Shown in pieces: positions 1 to 13,500 of a stretch of 64,000 nucleotides of DNA. The notes beneath the pieces are model-generated. The model did not search any database. It was not told the DNA's origin and worked only from the letters and a program-made list of their open reading frames with translations. The first letter of the stretch is position 1, and every line of letters starts with the position of its first letter. Origin of the DNA: Azolla caroliniana (lineage: Eukaryota > Plantae > Polypodiophyta); the NCBI GenBank assembly GCA_043228905.1, contig JBHGNT010000015.1, forward strand, positions 3,534,001 through 3,598,000, read 5' to 3'. Both the position numbers and the translations under genes were made by a program.

Positions 1-314
1 GGCTTCATGGATGGAGACAAAGGTGCTCGATAGAGGAGCGGCTTTTGCACAAATTCGGAGCTAAAGTGGAGGGAAAACCGTCCAATTCCTAATCGTGCCA
101 TCAAATCACGAAAGGAACAAGAGAGAGGTCTTGTCCCAAACAAAAATGGATTTTTAAAGCGGACTGTTGCAGAGTAGGGAAGTGTGATAGTCTGAGAAGT
201 CCTGATACCCCACACAGGAAGAAACCTCTCGGAGCAAAACAAGTACGAATCGGTCAGGATGGGGCATCTATGTACACAGCCATAACCAGAGTAATGAAGA
301 AAGAATTTTGAAAT

Positions 315-1781
315 GTGCACGATGAGTTACGGTCTGCATCAATAATAAAAGAAGACGAAGAAATCGTGGGTGTAGTCGAAGAAGTGTTCTATGGGAGCAC
401 GCTACAACGGCTTGAAGAGCTTGCAGAAGAGAATAGCCAGGGAGACCGGGTAGTTCCGGTGGAATTGGTCGAGATGTATGAGATCATTGCGAAAATGGGG
501 CTGGATGCGCTCCGCAAAGAAGAAGCAATGGTATGTACGAAATATAAGACCATGGAAAAGAAGGTGAAACCGGCCGCGGGACCGCTGCCCGCCGATAGCG
601 AACAAAAGATGAAAGAAGTCTCGGGAGATCCGACACTTCGAAAGTCCGTGGATATCGGACATGCCTTTACGGATGAGACCCGGAAGAAACTTCAGATCGG
701 TGGAGGTGGGTTCCTCTCACAAAATGAAGAAGAACGGTTTCGTGAGATGTTGGAGCAGCATGGAAGAGCATTTGCATTCACATTGAAAGAGATAAGGTGT
801 GCTGACCCAAAAATAGTGGAGTCAATGGTGATCTTCACAATTGATCATGTGTCGTGGAATCTGAAGCCGATTCCGGTGCCACGGGTGCATATTCCGAAAA
901 TCATTGACTTGCTCAAGGAGAAGGTGGCGATGGGGATTCTAGAGCCATCAAACGCTCCGTACTCAAATCGATGGTTTACGGTTTCGAACAAGAATGGGTC
1001 ACTCCGATTTATTCAAGATTTGCAACCGGTGAACAAGGTCATGATCCGGAACTCTGGATTCGGTTCGATAGTGGACGAATTTGCAAAAGCGTTTGCCGGT
1101 CCCGCGATATACTCCATCGGAGACCTATACTCCGGGTATGACCAATTCCCACTAGCCGTGGAGAACTGAGACATCACTACCATGCGAACACCGATAGATT
1201 AGTTCGGATGTGCACGCTACCACAACGCGCGAACGAACTCGGTCACACATATGATGAATGTGATGAACAAGGTGCTCCGGGACTGCATTTCGGAGATAAC
1301 GATGCCGTTCCTAGATGACATTATGATAAAAGGATGTGCAGTGGAAGAAAAAGATGAGACTATGGATGATCAGGGATGGCGAAAGTTCGTAGTCAACCAT
1401 ATTCGCAATTGCAAGAAAGTGTTACGGAAGTTAGAAGATGTGCACCTAACGCTCTGCGGAGAGAAATCAGCATTCAGACAAGAAGAGATATTGGTAGTCA
1501 GACATCTATGTGGGCCCTACAGCCAAAGACCGTCGCCAGTCAAGATCGATGCGATTCAAGCTATGAAAGAATTATGTGAGTCACAATCCGAAGTCTGTAG
1601 ATTTCTTGGGGCATGTGCATTCTATCACATATGGATTCCGCACTATGCACACATTGCAGACCCACTCTATCACTTGTTGCGGAAGGGGAAGAAGTTCAAA
1701 TGGAAACCAGAACATACCAAAGCCGTGAAGAAGCTCAAGAAATCACTACATAGGGCAGAAGCACTTAAACAAAAAGCTTAA
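315..1781 (+). mobile_element. Decayed Ty3/Gypsy pol fragment (RT and RT-RNaseH connection), 3'-truncated
   Basis: ORFs 315-1169 and 1251-1781 carry RT motifs PSNAPYSNRWF, LRFIQDLQPVNK, DLYSGYDQ, PFLDD, FLGACAFYHIWIPHYA and PLYHLLRK. They are broken by a stop and frameshift near 1170-1250, with an abrupt switch to AT-rich DNA after ~1780. Confidence 0.9.
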
Positions 1782-1960
1782 AAGGATTTGAATTCTCCAT
1801 ATATTTTTTATGGGGATCATAATGGCAAAATGATGCTCTTATGTCACGATAAAATTAACATATTTTGGAACATCCAAACAAAATTCCCAAAGTGTAGGTA
1901 GTTCCAAATGTTTGTGAATTGGAAGGAATAATCAACATATCGTTATATTACCATCAACAT

Positions 1961-2379
1961 TAACAATCGGCAACGGTCTAGTTTGAACCGAACTAAACCG
2001 CAAACCACGACTTAAAGGCTTAAGCGGTTTGGTTTGGTTTGGTTCGAGTTTAGATTTTTTAAAACGGTTTGGTTTCAACAATTAGAAACCGCGGTTTAAA
2101 TGGTTTAACATTTTTTTTTAAATATAACTTTTTTTAAACAATCTTTTCATTCAAGGAAAATCAAAATTTAAAATAATGAAATATTTTAGAATTTTAAAAT
2201 TTAAAATTTGAATTTTGACCTAAGTTGAAAACAGAAACCTCAGTTTTAACGGTTTGAATATTTTTAAACGGTTCGTTTTAACAGTTTTGTGGTTCGGTTC
2301 GATTCGGTTCAAGTTTCAAAAAATTTAAACGGTTCGGTTTTGACACTCTCGAACCGAACTGAAGCGTTACCGATTGGTA
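1961..2379. mobile_element. hAT-family MITE (419 bp)
   Basis: Perfect 8-bp TSD ATCAACAT (1953-1960, 2380-2387); imperfect TIR TAACAATCGGCAACG / CGTTACCGATTGGTA; many subterminal AACCG/CGGTT motifs. Confidence 0.85.
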
Positions 2380-3259
2380 ATCAACATTACAATAATCTCA
2401 AGAATATGTTTATCTTTTTAAACCATTGTAAGAATTGATATTTCCGTAAATTTCCATGAATACAATATATAGATACACGTCATTATCACGATGATGGACC
2501 AAACAAATGTTTTATGAAAAGATGCCACGTTCAAAATGTTTTTTGAGAACTTCTAGACAAAAAATAAAAATTGTGACAATGAAAAGTTGGACTTAGACTT
2601 TCATTTGAATGCAACTTTGAGGCGACATCAATGGATTTGGTACTTGGTCTCGCATTAACTTTTTTGAATTCATGGAAAATAAACTTGAGGAAAGAAAACT
2701 AAGTGTGGCATGAGGTTGCATTTGCACAACATGCCGCATAGATGAACATTCCCTACATATGTTTATTAAAAAAAATTTGAGGTCTAGAATATGAGTGATG
2801 TGATTGTCTCATTATAGATCCCTACATTATTGATCCAAAATGAACCTCTAGTATGAATGAGATTTATTGTGGTGTAGTGCACTAGTAAGCAGGGCAAGCC
2901 TAGCCCCAATGACAAGGTAAGAGCTCTACGGCAAGCAAAAAGATTTTTATGATTGTGCCCCGATACTAAAAAGTATCTACCATAACAAGTTCAATTGATG
3001 GGTGAATGTGTAAGATAGTAATGTATGGTTTGGGTTGTTTTCCTCTCAACTTTGGATCTTAACACTAGAACTTGTATGTACAAACAAACCTACAATGGCT
3101 CGTATTCAAAGTTTCCTTAGGATAGGTCAACCTTTGGGCTATCCTAGCCCATCGAATGTTCTACCTCAAGTTGTGAACATTATCATAACTTACCAACATG
3201 AGTTACCTAGTTGAAATTCTATGTGTTATTGTTAGTTTACAAAGGTTATTTTCGTTCTA

Positions 3260-3261
<2 letters not shown>

Positions 3262-3296
<35 letters not shown>

Positions 3297-3304
3297 GCGC
3301 GCGC
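3262..3304. repeat. (TG)n microsatellite followed by short (GC)n
   Basis: Directly visible. Confidence 0.95.
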
Positions 3305-3752
3305 ATGTTGGGGGAGACGTGTGCAAAATTTCTATTACCTCCTAATCAGAAATGCCTAGAAACATGAGCTCGAGGAAGGCGGAAACGCAAAACCAAAGGA
3401 ATTCACTTGGTCACATCCTGGGTGGGTGGTGTGGTGTGGTATTTATTGAAACAATAGACACATAGTTTATTAGATCACTAAAGCTAAACTGTAGTCTGTA
3501 GGGTACTCAGATTTGAGGGCATGTCCAAAAGAAGCTGCTAGCCTTCATGACAGAATGGAGGTAGCGATTTATCCCAGGGAGAGGGAGTTGGTCCAATGAA
3601 AGGCGACACAATCGACAATTCACGAAAAAAACACATGGAGGGAGGGAGGTAAGGATGGTTGGCCAAAGGCCTGATCCATGAATGGATTCTCAACTCTTCA
3701 TTCCATGCAAATATATGTTACACATATATACATATGTATATACACTTATGTA

Positions 3753-4000
3753 TAAATATATACATTCTACATATATTTAAATATACACATTCTACATGTA
3801 TATAAATATATACATTCTACATGTATTTAAATATACACATTCTACATGTATATAAATATATACATTCTACATGTATTTAAATGTATACATTCTACATGTA
3901 TTTAAATATATACATTCTACATGTATTTAAATATATACATTCTACATGTATTTAAATGTATACATTCTACAGGTATATACACATACACATTCTACATGTA
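3753..4000. repeat. 25-bp minisatellite (~10 units, AAATATATACATTCTACATGTATTT) within a TA/CA-rich tract (~3710-4260)
   Basis: (T/C)ACATTCTAC recurs at 3761, 3786, 3811, 3836, 3861, 3886, 3911, 3936, 3961 and 3986. Confidence 0.9.
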
Positions 4001-4580
4001 TATACACATACACATATACATGTATACATATAAACATATACATGTATATACATATAAACATATACACATATATACATATACATGTATATACTGTATATAC
4101 ATGTATATACACATATGTATTATACATTATATGTATGTATTATGTATATATAACATCTATTTTTGGTTTGTCCCATAATAAACATAAACCATGTTATGTC
4201 CCAATTTCTTCTCTTCTCTTCAAACCTACATATTTACATATATATATATATATATACAGTCAACCTGCCTGTATACAGAGCATAAGCCATAGCCTTCACC
4301 TCCCCTGTTCCCCTTCCCCCTTGTTTTTGGATCCGGATCGATTCAACTGGCAAAAAGAAAAAAAAACCCCCCTTATGTCCAGTATCTGAATCCATGCCAA
4401 TATAACCCTCACCCTCACCCTAATCTTGCCCACTTAATCATTCCTCCCCCCTGTCACTGCTCTGTTTCTTTCTCCTTTTGTTATTTTGTTTTCTCTGCCT
4501 GTGTCAAATTCAACTTGCATTGGATTAGTTCCTGTCTAGTCTACTTATGTAACCAGAAGAATCAATGATTGTTAATAAGG

Positions 4581-7500
4581 ATGATGAATAAAACACTGGT
4601 AGGTCCTTCTAACACAATGGAAGTAATGCTTGCAGAATCATCATCTTCAATGCACGAATCAGAACAAATTTCAGATCAGAAGAATATGGCACATCATATA
4701 CCACCTCCTCTGCCCCGAAGACCCACTTCGAAAGCTCGGTTACCCTCTTCTTATTCGACTCGAATTGTGCAGAAATCAGTCTCTAATTCAAGCAGTCAAA
4801 ACATTGTAAGTGATCTTAATATTCATCCTCACACTCTGAAAGCATCGGATGATATTGATGTCTCTAGTCATGACCGTGTGGATCTTAACTTAATTTCGAA
4901 TAATTCAATTCAATCCAGTCTTACCTCTAGCAATCTCTTCGTGACCCAATCTTTCGATGAACTCAATAATTTGGAACCACCTAATTTGGTGACATTTAAG
5001 CTTAATCCATTTGATGCTAACAATTCCCAATGTTTAGATGATGAGAGATCAGATCATTTAACTGATAGAAATTATATTGCAAAAGATTTAGATAACTTGG
5101 ATCTTCACCACAATTATCACCCTCATCATCAAATGAACAACTTTGATAGGCCTAGTATTATGGAGACAGATCAATCTTTGGAGGACGATAATCTCTCTCT
5201 TAATTTCGAGTTCAATCTGGATCAGACCGATGAATTTTGTTCCAAATTTCAATCAGATAAGTTTGGTAGTGATGGAGAAGAAGAAGAAGACGAAGACGAA
5301 GACGAAGACGAAGTTACTGAGGTGCAATCAGCAACATCGGATAAAATTGATCAACTTCAACATAAATCTGGTGGGTCGCCTATGGATAAGATTGATGTAG
5401 AGGCAACATTGAAGGGCAGTGGAGCTACTTCTGTGATGATTTTAGAAAAACCGAAGCGTGAAAGAATTAGCATAAAACGATGGAAAGATGCATTATCCGG
5501 ATTGAGAAAGGTCAGTGAAACAGGCAAACTTTCTATTATTACCATTCATGGTATATGGAATTTGAAGCCCAATGTAAGACTTTTCAGTATGATTGAAATT
5601 TTTTTACTACAATTTTCTAATTGCTTTTTTTAATACATTTTTAATTACAATCTTTACATGTACAGATCTGCGTCCTTGTGCATTTCTTTGACTTTCATTT
5701 TGTTAACATTTGGAAAAGATGTGCAGGGAATATTAGAAATATTGAGAATCGATTAGATAGGTATATAGAGTTACAACCACAGAGATGGATATATGAAAAC
5801 AAAACTTCTATTACATATGAGAGTAGCTCACAATGATAGTTCACCCATGCGCTCACACCTTAGAGCTTAGATGGGATCTGGACCAGCTCACTACAAAATT
5901 AGTGGGGACGCATGATCAATACACCACTGTGTAAGAGAGTGGATTATATTCTCTGTTTGGTCTGAGTGTAACATTAAATGTGCATGTCAGTTGATAGTAG
6001 TGGAGATATTCCTTTTCTGTCAACTGACTTGTCATTTAATATGACCCAACTCCCTAGATACGTGCTAGTGCTAGATAGCACTTATCTTGAAGTCAATGGC
6101 ACATACTTCAAGACTAAGTACATTGTAACTTGCCCACAAAATATTCTAGTTGACTTGATTAGCCAATCCTATTACTTGTTTTGCTCTTTCCTTAATCCAT
6201 TGTGTCCTACGCATCTACGGTTTCCTAGATTAACACCATATCGACCCATATGGTCGAGTTGCACAATAGCCACTCCTCATTTGGGGTGCTATCACAAAAT
6301 GTGCACTCTAAGAGCACATATGGGGATAGATTTACAACTTGGGGCTGATCATTGATTATATCTAACAGGAACAATGTTTTGATAGATGTGGCTCATTGCC
6401 ACCACTGATGTGTAACTAGATTTTCTTAACTGGGAACATGTAATGCCTAGAATATTTTGTTCTCATAAAGGTGCATATTACATACACTCAAAACTTTTCC
6501 ATTCGCAATAGGAAATTATTAATGTTAGAATTGGCTGCTACAAGTAATAAACTACCATAACTCAATGAATACCTGTAATGAAAGAGTGTTATTTCCTGCT
6601 AATTAAAATTGGGAAGAACCATATCTAAACAGTAGTAAAAACCGAAGCGATGACCACAGCATAATTTTGAGAATGGTAGCAGGAGATTGGAACTTCAATT
6701 CAAATTACAGACCTTTGAGATATCATGAGTAGAAATGCACAAATAGTATTGAAGAATTTATGTTACTAAGCTGTTCAATAAACTCATTTAAAATTATTCT
6801 TTTTTATGCAGAATTCTCGGGTATGGTGCTTAAATGCTGAAAATGAATGGACTCTCGGGGTTGTAGAATCAACAAATAAAGAAGAATCAATTATTAGCAC
6901 TACAGATGTTAAGGTACTCAAAGCAATCAATAAATGGATTCCCCACTCAACTTATTCGTTGAAGGATATGGCTTGATTTGGATGGTTTTTTGTGTTAAAT
7001 GCAGCCACAATCAAAATCTTATCCTCGATTTATCAAATTACCATCTTCTAAAGTTAGACCAGCCAATCCTGTCATTCTTGAAGGTGTAGATGATCTCATA
7101 CAGCTCAGCTATCTGAATGAACCTTCAGTTCTACACAATCTTCGCCACCGATATATTAGTGACAAGATATACGTGAGAATCTGTATCTGAGGAATTTGCC
7201 CCCACTCCCCAAATGCATCTTTTCTTACAGTGGCTGTGTGTCTATTAGAAAATATCTGACTTTCAAATGCACTATTTTCTAGACAAGAGCTGGCCCTGTC
7301 CTAATTGCAATCAATCCATTCAAGAAGGTCCCACTTTATTCAAGAGATTTACTTCAGCTTTATACAAACAATGTTACAGATGGTCTTGATCCACATGTGT
7401 ATATGACAGCAGAAAGTGCGTTTCGTGCGATGATAAGAGGTCGGCATTGAAGTCATATTTATTAAAACTATGTTCCAAACACTAACATGGTTTTCTAATG

Positions 7501-10500
7501 ATAGTTGATTTTATGATTAGAAATTGCATTTCAAAATATGTAAGCTGTTTCTAACACTTTCTTTTTTTATTGATTCTAAGCAGATGGAACCAATCAGTCA
7601 ATTATCATCAGGTGTGTAATTTCACAAATAAAAAGCGACAGTATTTACTAATAAAAGTTTTTTTCTAAATTCTTTGCCTGGTTTCTGTGTTGATCGCTGA
7701 ATCTCTGGTCATTATTTACCATTTCATTACTAAATAAAAAACATTATTTCTCTACTTGTTGATTACTCTTTCTTATAAGCTCCTTGTTAGTGGTGAGAGT
7801 GGTGCAGGAAAGACGGAAACCGCCAAAATTGCAATGCAGTACTTGACAGCAGTTGGTGGAGGTGGTGCCATAGAAAATGAGATTCTACAAACCAATCCTA
7901 TATTGGAGGCTTTTGGGAATGCGAAAACCTCAAGAAACAATAATTCTAGTAGATTTGTAATGTGTTCAGAATTTTTTGATTGATTTTCTTGAAGCAGTAA
8001 ATAATATCAATGATTCTTCTGTTCTGATTTTCAATGAATGCAAAACTTCTGTTCTGCTATAAGACATGTCTATTTTTCACCATATTCTGATCCTGTTTAT
8101 GCAAAGATCAAAGAGTATATACATTATTGTGCTTAAAACTAACAAAAAGGAATTGTCAATGTGCAGGGAAAACTTACAGAGATATGTTTTGACTCAGGGA
8201 AGATCTCTGGAGCAAAAATTCTAACATGTAAGAAGGCTTCTGTCTGTTTTAGATTTCAGTAGCTTATTCTTGAATATGTCATTTCACATTTTATGCAAAT
8301 ATGCGGTTGATAAAGGTGTGTTTATTCATATTATGAACATACCCAATTATTGATTGAATCCTCTCCTAAACCTTGTGTGTTCTCCTTCCATATGTTGTAC
8401 TATATATCTTTTGGCGGGTTTTGAAATCGAAGATCTACTTGAGAAGGTAACATATAGCATAGCCTTTCTTCCATGGGAATAAATCTGAAATTTTAACAGA
8501 CAAAAATAAAAAACCTGAAAATAATTAGTTCTTTTTACATCAAACCAGTCACGAGTTGTACAGCAAGCGAAGGGTGAAAGATCATACCATATCTTTTATC
8601 AGCTCTGCGCTGGTGCAGATGACACACTAAGGGGTACTAAATGTTTTATTCTCTCATTGAACTTATGCATGTGAATTACATATATTACATTTCTTTTGAA
8701 ACTGTTAACTGATGTCTTCTTCCACTGTTTCCATAGAACGTATTAGTCTGAAGATGGCTAAAGATTACCACTACTTGAATCAAAGTGGCTGTATGGAGAT
8801 AGAAAATGTCGATGATGCTGCTCAGTTTCGTGAAGTGGTGGTAAGTTTCAGAAAATGAATGTCATCTTGATGTCCAAAAGACCAAATACCATCCTTAGAA
8901 GTTATGCATGCAATTGGTGTTACACCTGTTACTGGGATTTTAACCTTTGCGTCAGACTTAAAGATCTAGCTTTTTGAACTTATGCAGGATTTTCTCTTTG
9001 ACATTTCTCCATGTTATCTATATATGTTTTCTGTTTCCATGGAAAAATAAATTAAAAATTTAGTTTGTGTCCAGGATGCAATGAACATAGTGAAAATAAG
9101 CAAACAAGATCAGGAAAATGCCTTCACTATGGTTGCTGCGGTTCTATGGCTTGGAAACATAACATTTTCAGAAATTGATAATGATAATCATGTATCAGTG
9201 AATGATGATGAAGGTAAGCCAGCAATTTTGAATTTTATTTGATTAAGTCATTACTAAATTATAATTTTGGAAAAGTAAGGAGATAAATGAAGGAATAAGA
9301 AAATGATCTTCTAGATGCTACTGATTGAATTGATTCATGTTTGTAAAAGAAAATTAACAAAAACATGCAAGCTTGAGAACATGTTTGTCAGACATTTTTT
9401 CACAACTACTGAGTAGCTGAATAACATAGATTTATTCTAATAAGATGAGCCAAAGAATGATTATGATTATACTGTAATCCCTGTTCAATAATTACTTGGG
9501 CGTGAAATATGTGCATTGAACTTTCTGTGATATTCTTTCTTCAAGTTCGATGTGTGTTCTTTGGGCAAACTAAGTGCTTTCTTTGGGTGTAGTGAAGGAA
9601 TATCAGGAAAATGGCTGTAAAGAACTTCTAACACATACACTAATCAGCATATTAAGCCGTTTCTAAACTCTTTTTCACAAGATTTCTTAGGTCAACTTAT
9701 TTACCACATGTTATCCTTCATCTTTCCTGGACTTGTGGTTGTGATTAAGAACGCAAGAAAAGATCATTGAGAAAGGAAATGACTGGGTCATCATGGATAT
9801 TGGCTCTCAATATATTGATGCACTGTTCCATTCCCAAATATGAACCTCAGCTATGGGCTTGAAACTGAATTTTTGCAGTAAGTTGAATTAGTCTAACTTG
9901 ATATCAAATCAATGGATTTTTTGTGAGTGCTTGATGGGAGAAGGCTACAACTAAGGAAAAACTTTTTAACATTTTCCTTTCTGGGCCTTGGCTAATGACA
10001 TCAATGGTATAACCCAGATTTCTCACACTAATATTCTGATATTAAGTATGAAAACATCTGAATTCTAATAAAGAGAGACATTTATACCTTTTCTATAGAA
10101 AAGATAAGAGTGATTGCTTGAAGTAATTAGAGAAACATCCACTGTGCTCATCGATTAACTTTTCATGTTTTAACGACTTCATCAATAGATATTGTATTTT
10201 TGAGGCTGAATATGTTGTGTTGGAACTTAGATTGCTGTCCGAAGTTCATGCAGATTATTTTCTCAGTTTCCTTTGTAGATGTGCTACATTACTTCTACCA
10301 ATCTACTGAGTTTTAATTTTGGTTCTTTTATTATTATATGTGCAGCGGTTAGAACTGCAGCGAAGTTGTTAAAATGTAGCAGAGAAAATCTAGTTGATGC
10401 TCTGCAAACTCGGAAAATGCATGCAGGAAATGAGATGATTATACAAGAGTTAACTTATGCTCAGGTGGATGATAGGATTGATGATGTTATGTTACGTTGT

Positions 10501-13500
10501 CTGGAATGAGCATGCAAAACATATTTATTCAAAATTTTCTTGACCCAGGCAGCTGACTCAAGGGATGCATTGGCAAAAGCTATTTATGCTGAGTTATTTG
10601 ATTGGCTGGTTGAACATATAAATAATTCGTTTGAATCTGGTAAACATCATACAGGCAGATCCATCACGATTTTGGACATCTATGGATTTGAATCCTTTGT
10701 GGTAAGAAACAAAGTAAAATTTTCTCTTCAAGTAAAATCCAGTCTATTTTTTGAATATTAAGGATATGGAAGTTGGAACTAATCATCGGAAACTCATTCT
10801 GCTACCATCTTCTCATCAGAACAACAGTTTCGAACAGCTATGCATCAATTATGCCAATGAGAGACTGCAGCAGTACTTCAACCGACATTTATTCAAACTT
10901 GAACAAGAGGTTGTAATGTCTCCTAGAGTTTGAGCATGAGGATCCATAATAATCATAAATGAAGCACATTTAGCTCAATATTTCTGAGCTATATCCATTT
11001 ATCAAACATCCAGAAAACACTTTTTGATTTTACACAACTACCTCGCCTTTTGGAGTTTTTGGAATACCTGTGGAATATGTGGTATATTGTCTGTTAATAG
11101 GATTCTGCTGAACTCTTTTTGAAACCAGGAATATGTTTCTGAAGGCATTGACTGGACACATATCAAATTTGAAGATAACCAAGAGTGCCTTGATCTTATT
11201 GAGAAGGTTGGATCCCTGAATACCCAGTTATAGTCACACAACAACACAGTAACTGTCTTCTACATTTTTTCTGGCTATGCTAAATTTTCTACTGCCACAA
11301 CAACCATTTTGCAGAGACCTTTAGGTTTAATTTCTCTACTGGACGAAGAATGCACATTTCCAAAGGGCACGGATCAGACACTGGCCGAAAAACTTAAGGT
11401 TCACTTGGATTTTAATAGCTATTTTACAGGAGAAAGAAGTAGAGGGTTTCGTATTAAGCACTATGCTGGAGAGGTATAAATCAAATGTGTGACAGTTATT
11501 TGTGTGTAGTCTCGCATGTGGGTGCTAAAGGCAAATAATGCATGAAATAGGTTATTTATGATACTCTGGGTTTCTTGGAGAAGAATAGGGATCTCCTGCA
11601 TTCAGATTTGTTGCACCTGTTATCTTCATGTGAGGCATCCATGCCACGGCTATTTGCGACTAGGATTGAACAAGCTAGCCTTCAAAAGCCAATGCGCTCA
11701 CACCAAAGAAAACCAGCAGAATCTCAGAAACAAACTGTGGCAACTAAATTCAAGGTCTGGATTTCTTTGTCTTCTCTCTAATAACTTGGGCAATGTGCAT
11801 GAGGTATGTTCATATTATTAAAACTTTTAGCATTGGTCTTAGAAGAAAATGAGTTATTTTTGAATAGAAATGATTGATGGTTTTTGTAACATATGACTGA
11901 GAATCCTAATCACATCATTGATGCTTTATATGCCAAATTACTCGAAGCCTATGCCATCTTCGATCTAATCATGGAGGATTATGCCATTTGTACGAATCTT
12001 TGTATCCTCTTTGCCTTTCATGTGGCAGTGCTGTGATCCATAGAATTCTCCCTAATCTGGTTCCATGCATTGTACCCTATGCACACCAAAGAAGAGCTTG
12101 ATTAAGCAGAATAGATAGTGGGTTTTTTCGCCGTTTGTGATTTCTTCAGTAGATTGAAACCACCTGTCCTTTTGTAATGTCTCATACTTATAACACATCA
12201 CAGAATAGGGTCACAGGTGGTTAGAAACTCACCACCTTGCCGGTGAGAGAAATAAAAGGATGATTTAACCCCTCACCTTGGAATATCTGAAGCTCAATCA
12301 TAACAAGGTTTGTATGAATAGTTGCGTGTCCTTGTCCTTTCCAATGAGGCTTAGTGCCATACTTCTTTATGATAGAGACACGATCCATTTTTGCGCATAT
12401 GATGATATGACTTGGAATGTCATATCACATAGTCCCCCTTATGCAGTTTATAACACTGTTTGTGGCTTGAGATGCACCTCAAACCTATCAAATTTAGCTT
12501 GCTTCTGCATGTCTTTTGCTTTCTATGAGAATAAGCTCATATGCACTTCTTTTGTTAAGAAATAGACTAATTGTACTGGTGGCAAAGCTGAGTTTGAGGT
12601 GAAAACTCACAAACGTATTTATAATGAAGTAAACAACAGCTGATAATATCATTCGTGACGAAGCAATCAAAGAAAGGAGTGATATACTCTTTGATATCTT
12701 GCAAGCCTAAGGAAATATGTCAGACCCCCTTGAAGCAAACTCTGGAGTGGGATAGATGTGAATGTGGGATGTTCGTATAGTTCAAAATCTCACCTGCAGG
12801 AAAAATAGCTGCATACCGTGAAGGTAAACTGGCAAAAGAACTTCATGAGTTTGTGTAATTGTACGCATTGACCAATTCCCTATAGGGTATATGTTTTTGC
12901 AAAAGCAATTTGATAAACATATGTTTGCTATCCATGATGCTTCTAATCATGGGCTGATGTCACAACTCATTGGGGTTTTGACAATTAAACAGTATTTTAC
13001 TACGCCATCACTTTGTTTCTGTATTAGTGGATGAATGTATTTAATGTTTTTGTGTAATGCTGTTTCATATCTAGGATTATCTTGGCAGATTCTGTTATAA
13101 TATTTTATACATATCAACCTATCTCTCATGTGCACACACAATTTGTAATCTCATAAAATGTTTGTTCGATTTGCACTAGGGGCAACTTCAAAAATTAATG
13201 CAGTGGTTGGAGCACACAGAGCCGCATTTTGTGCGTTGCATCAAGTCAAATACTTTGCAACATGCCAACCTTTATCAGGATGATTTAGTCTTACAACAGT
13301 TACGATGTTGTGGTATTCTTGAGATTGTAAGAATTTCCAAGGCTGGCTATCCGACTCGAGTGTCTCATCAAAGTTTTGCAGGAAAGTGAGTGATTTCCTT
13401 TAGTTTCCATTGAGTTGATATATATTTATCATGCCAAAAGTTTATGGCTCTATTTGTATTTGGAGCTTTCATTGTTCTTGGTATGAATTTTTTCTTTCCA

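Noticed and set aside
3753-4000. CRISPR-like regular repeats (also 44529-44648 and 48130-48462)
   Set aside because: Head-to-tail units with no unique spacers, no cas genes and a eukaryotic context.
3921-4389. Y/I/H/T-rich ORFs
   Set aside because: Translations of the TA/CA-rich minisatellite.
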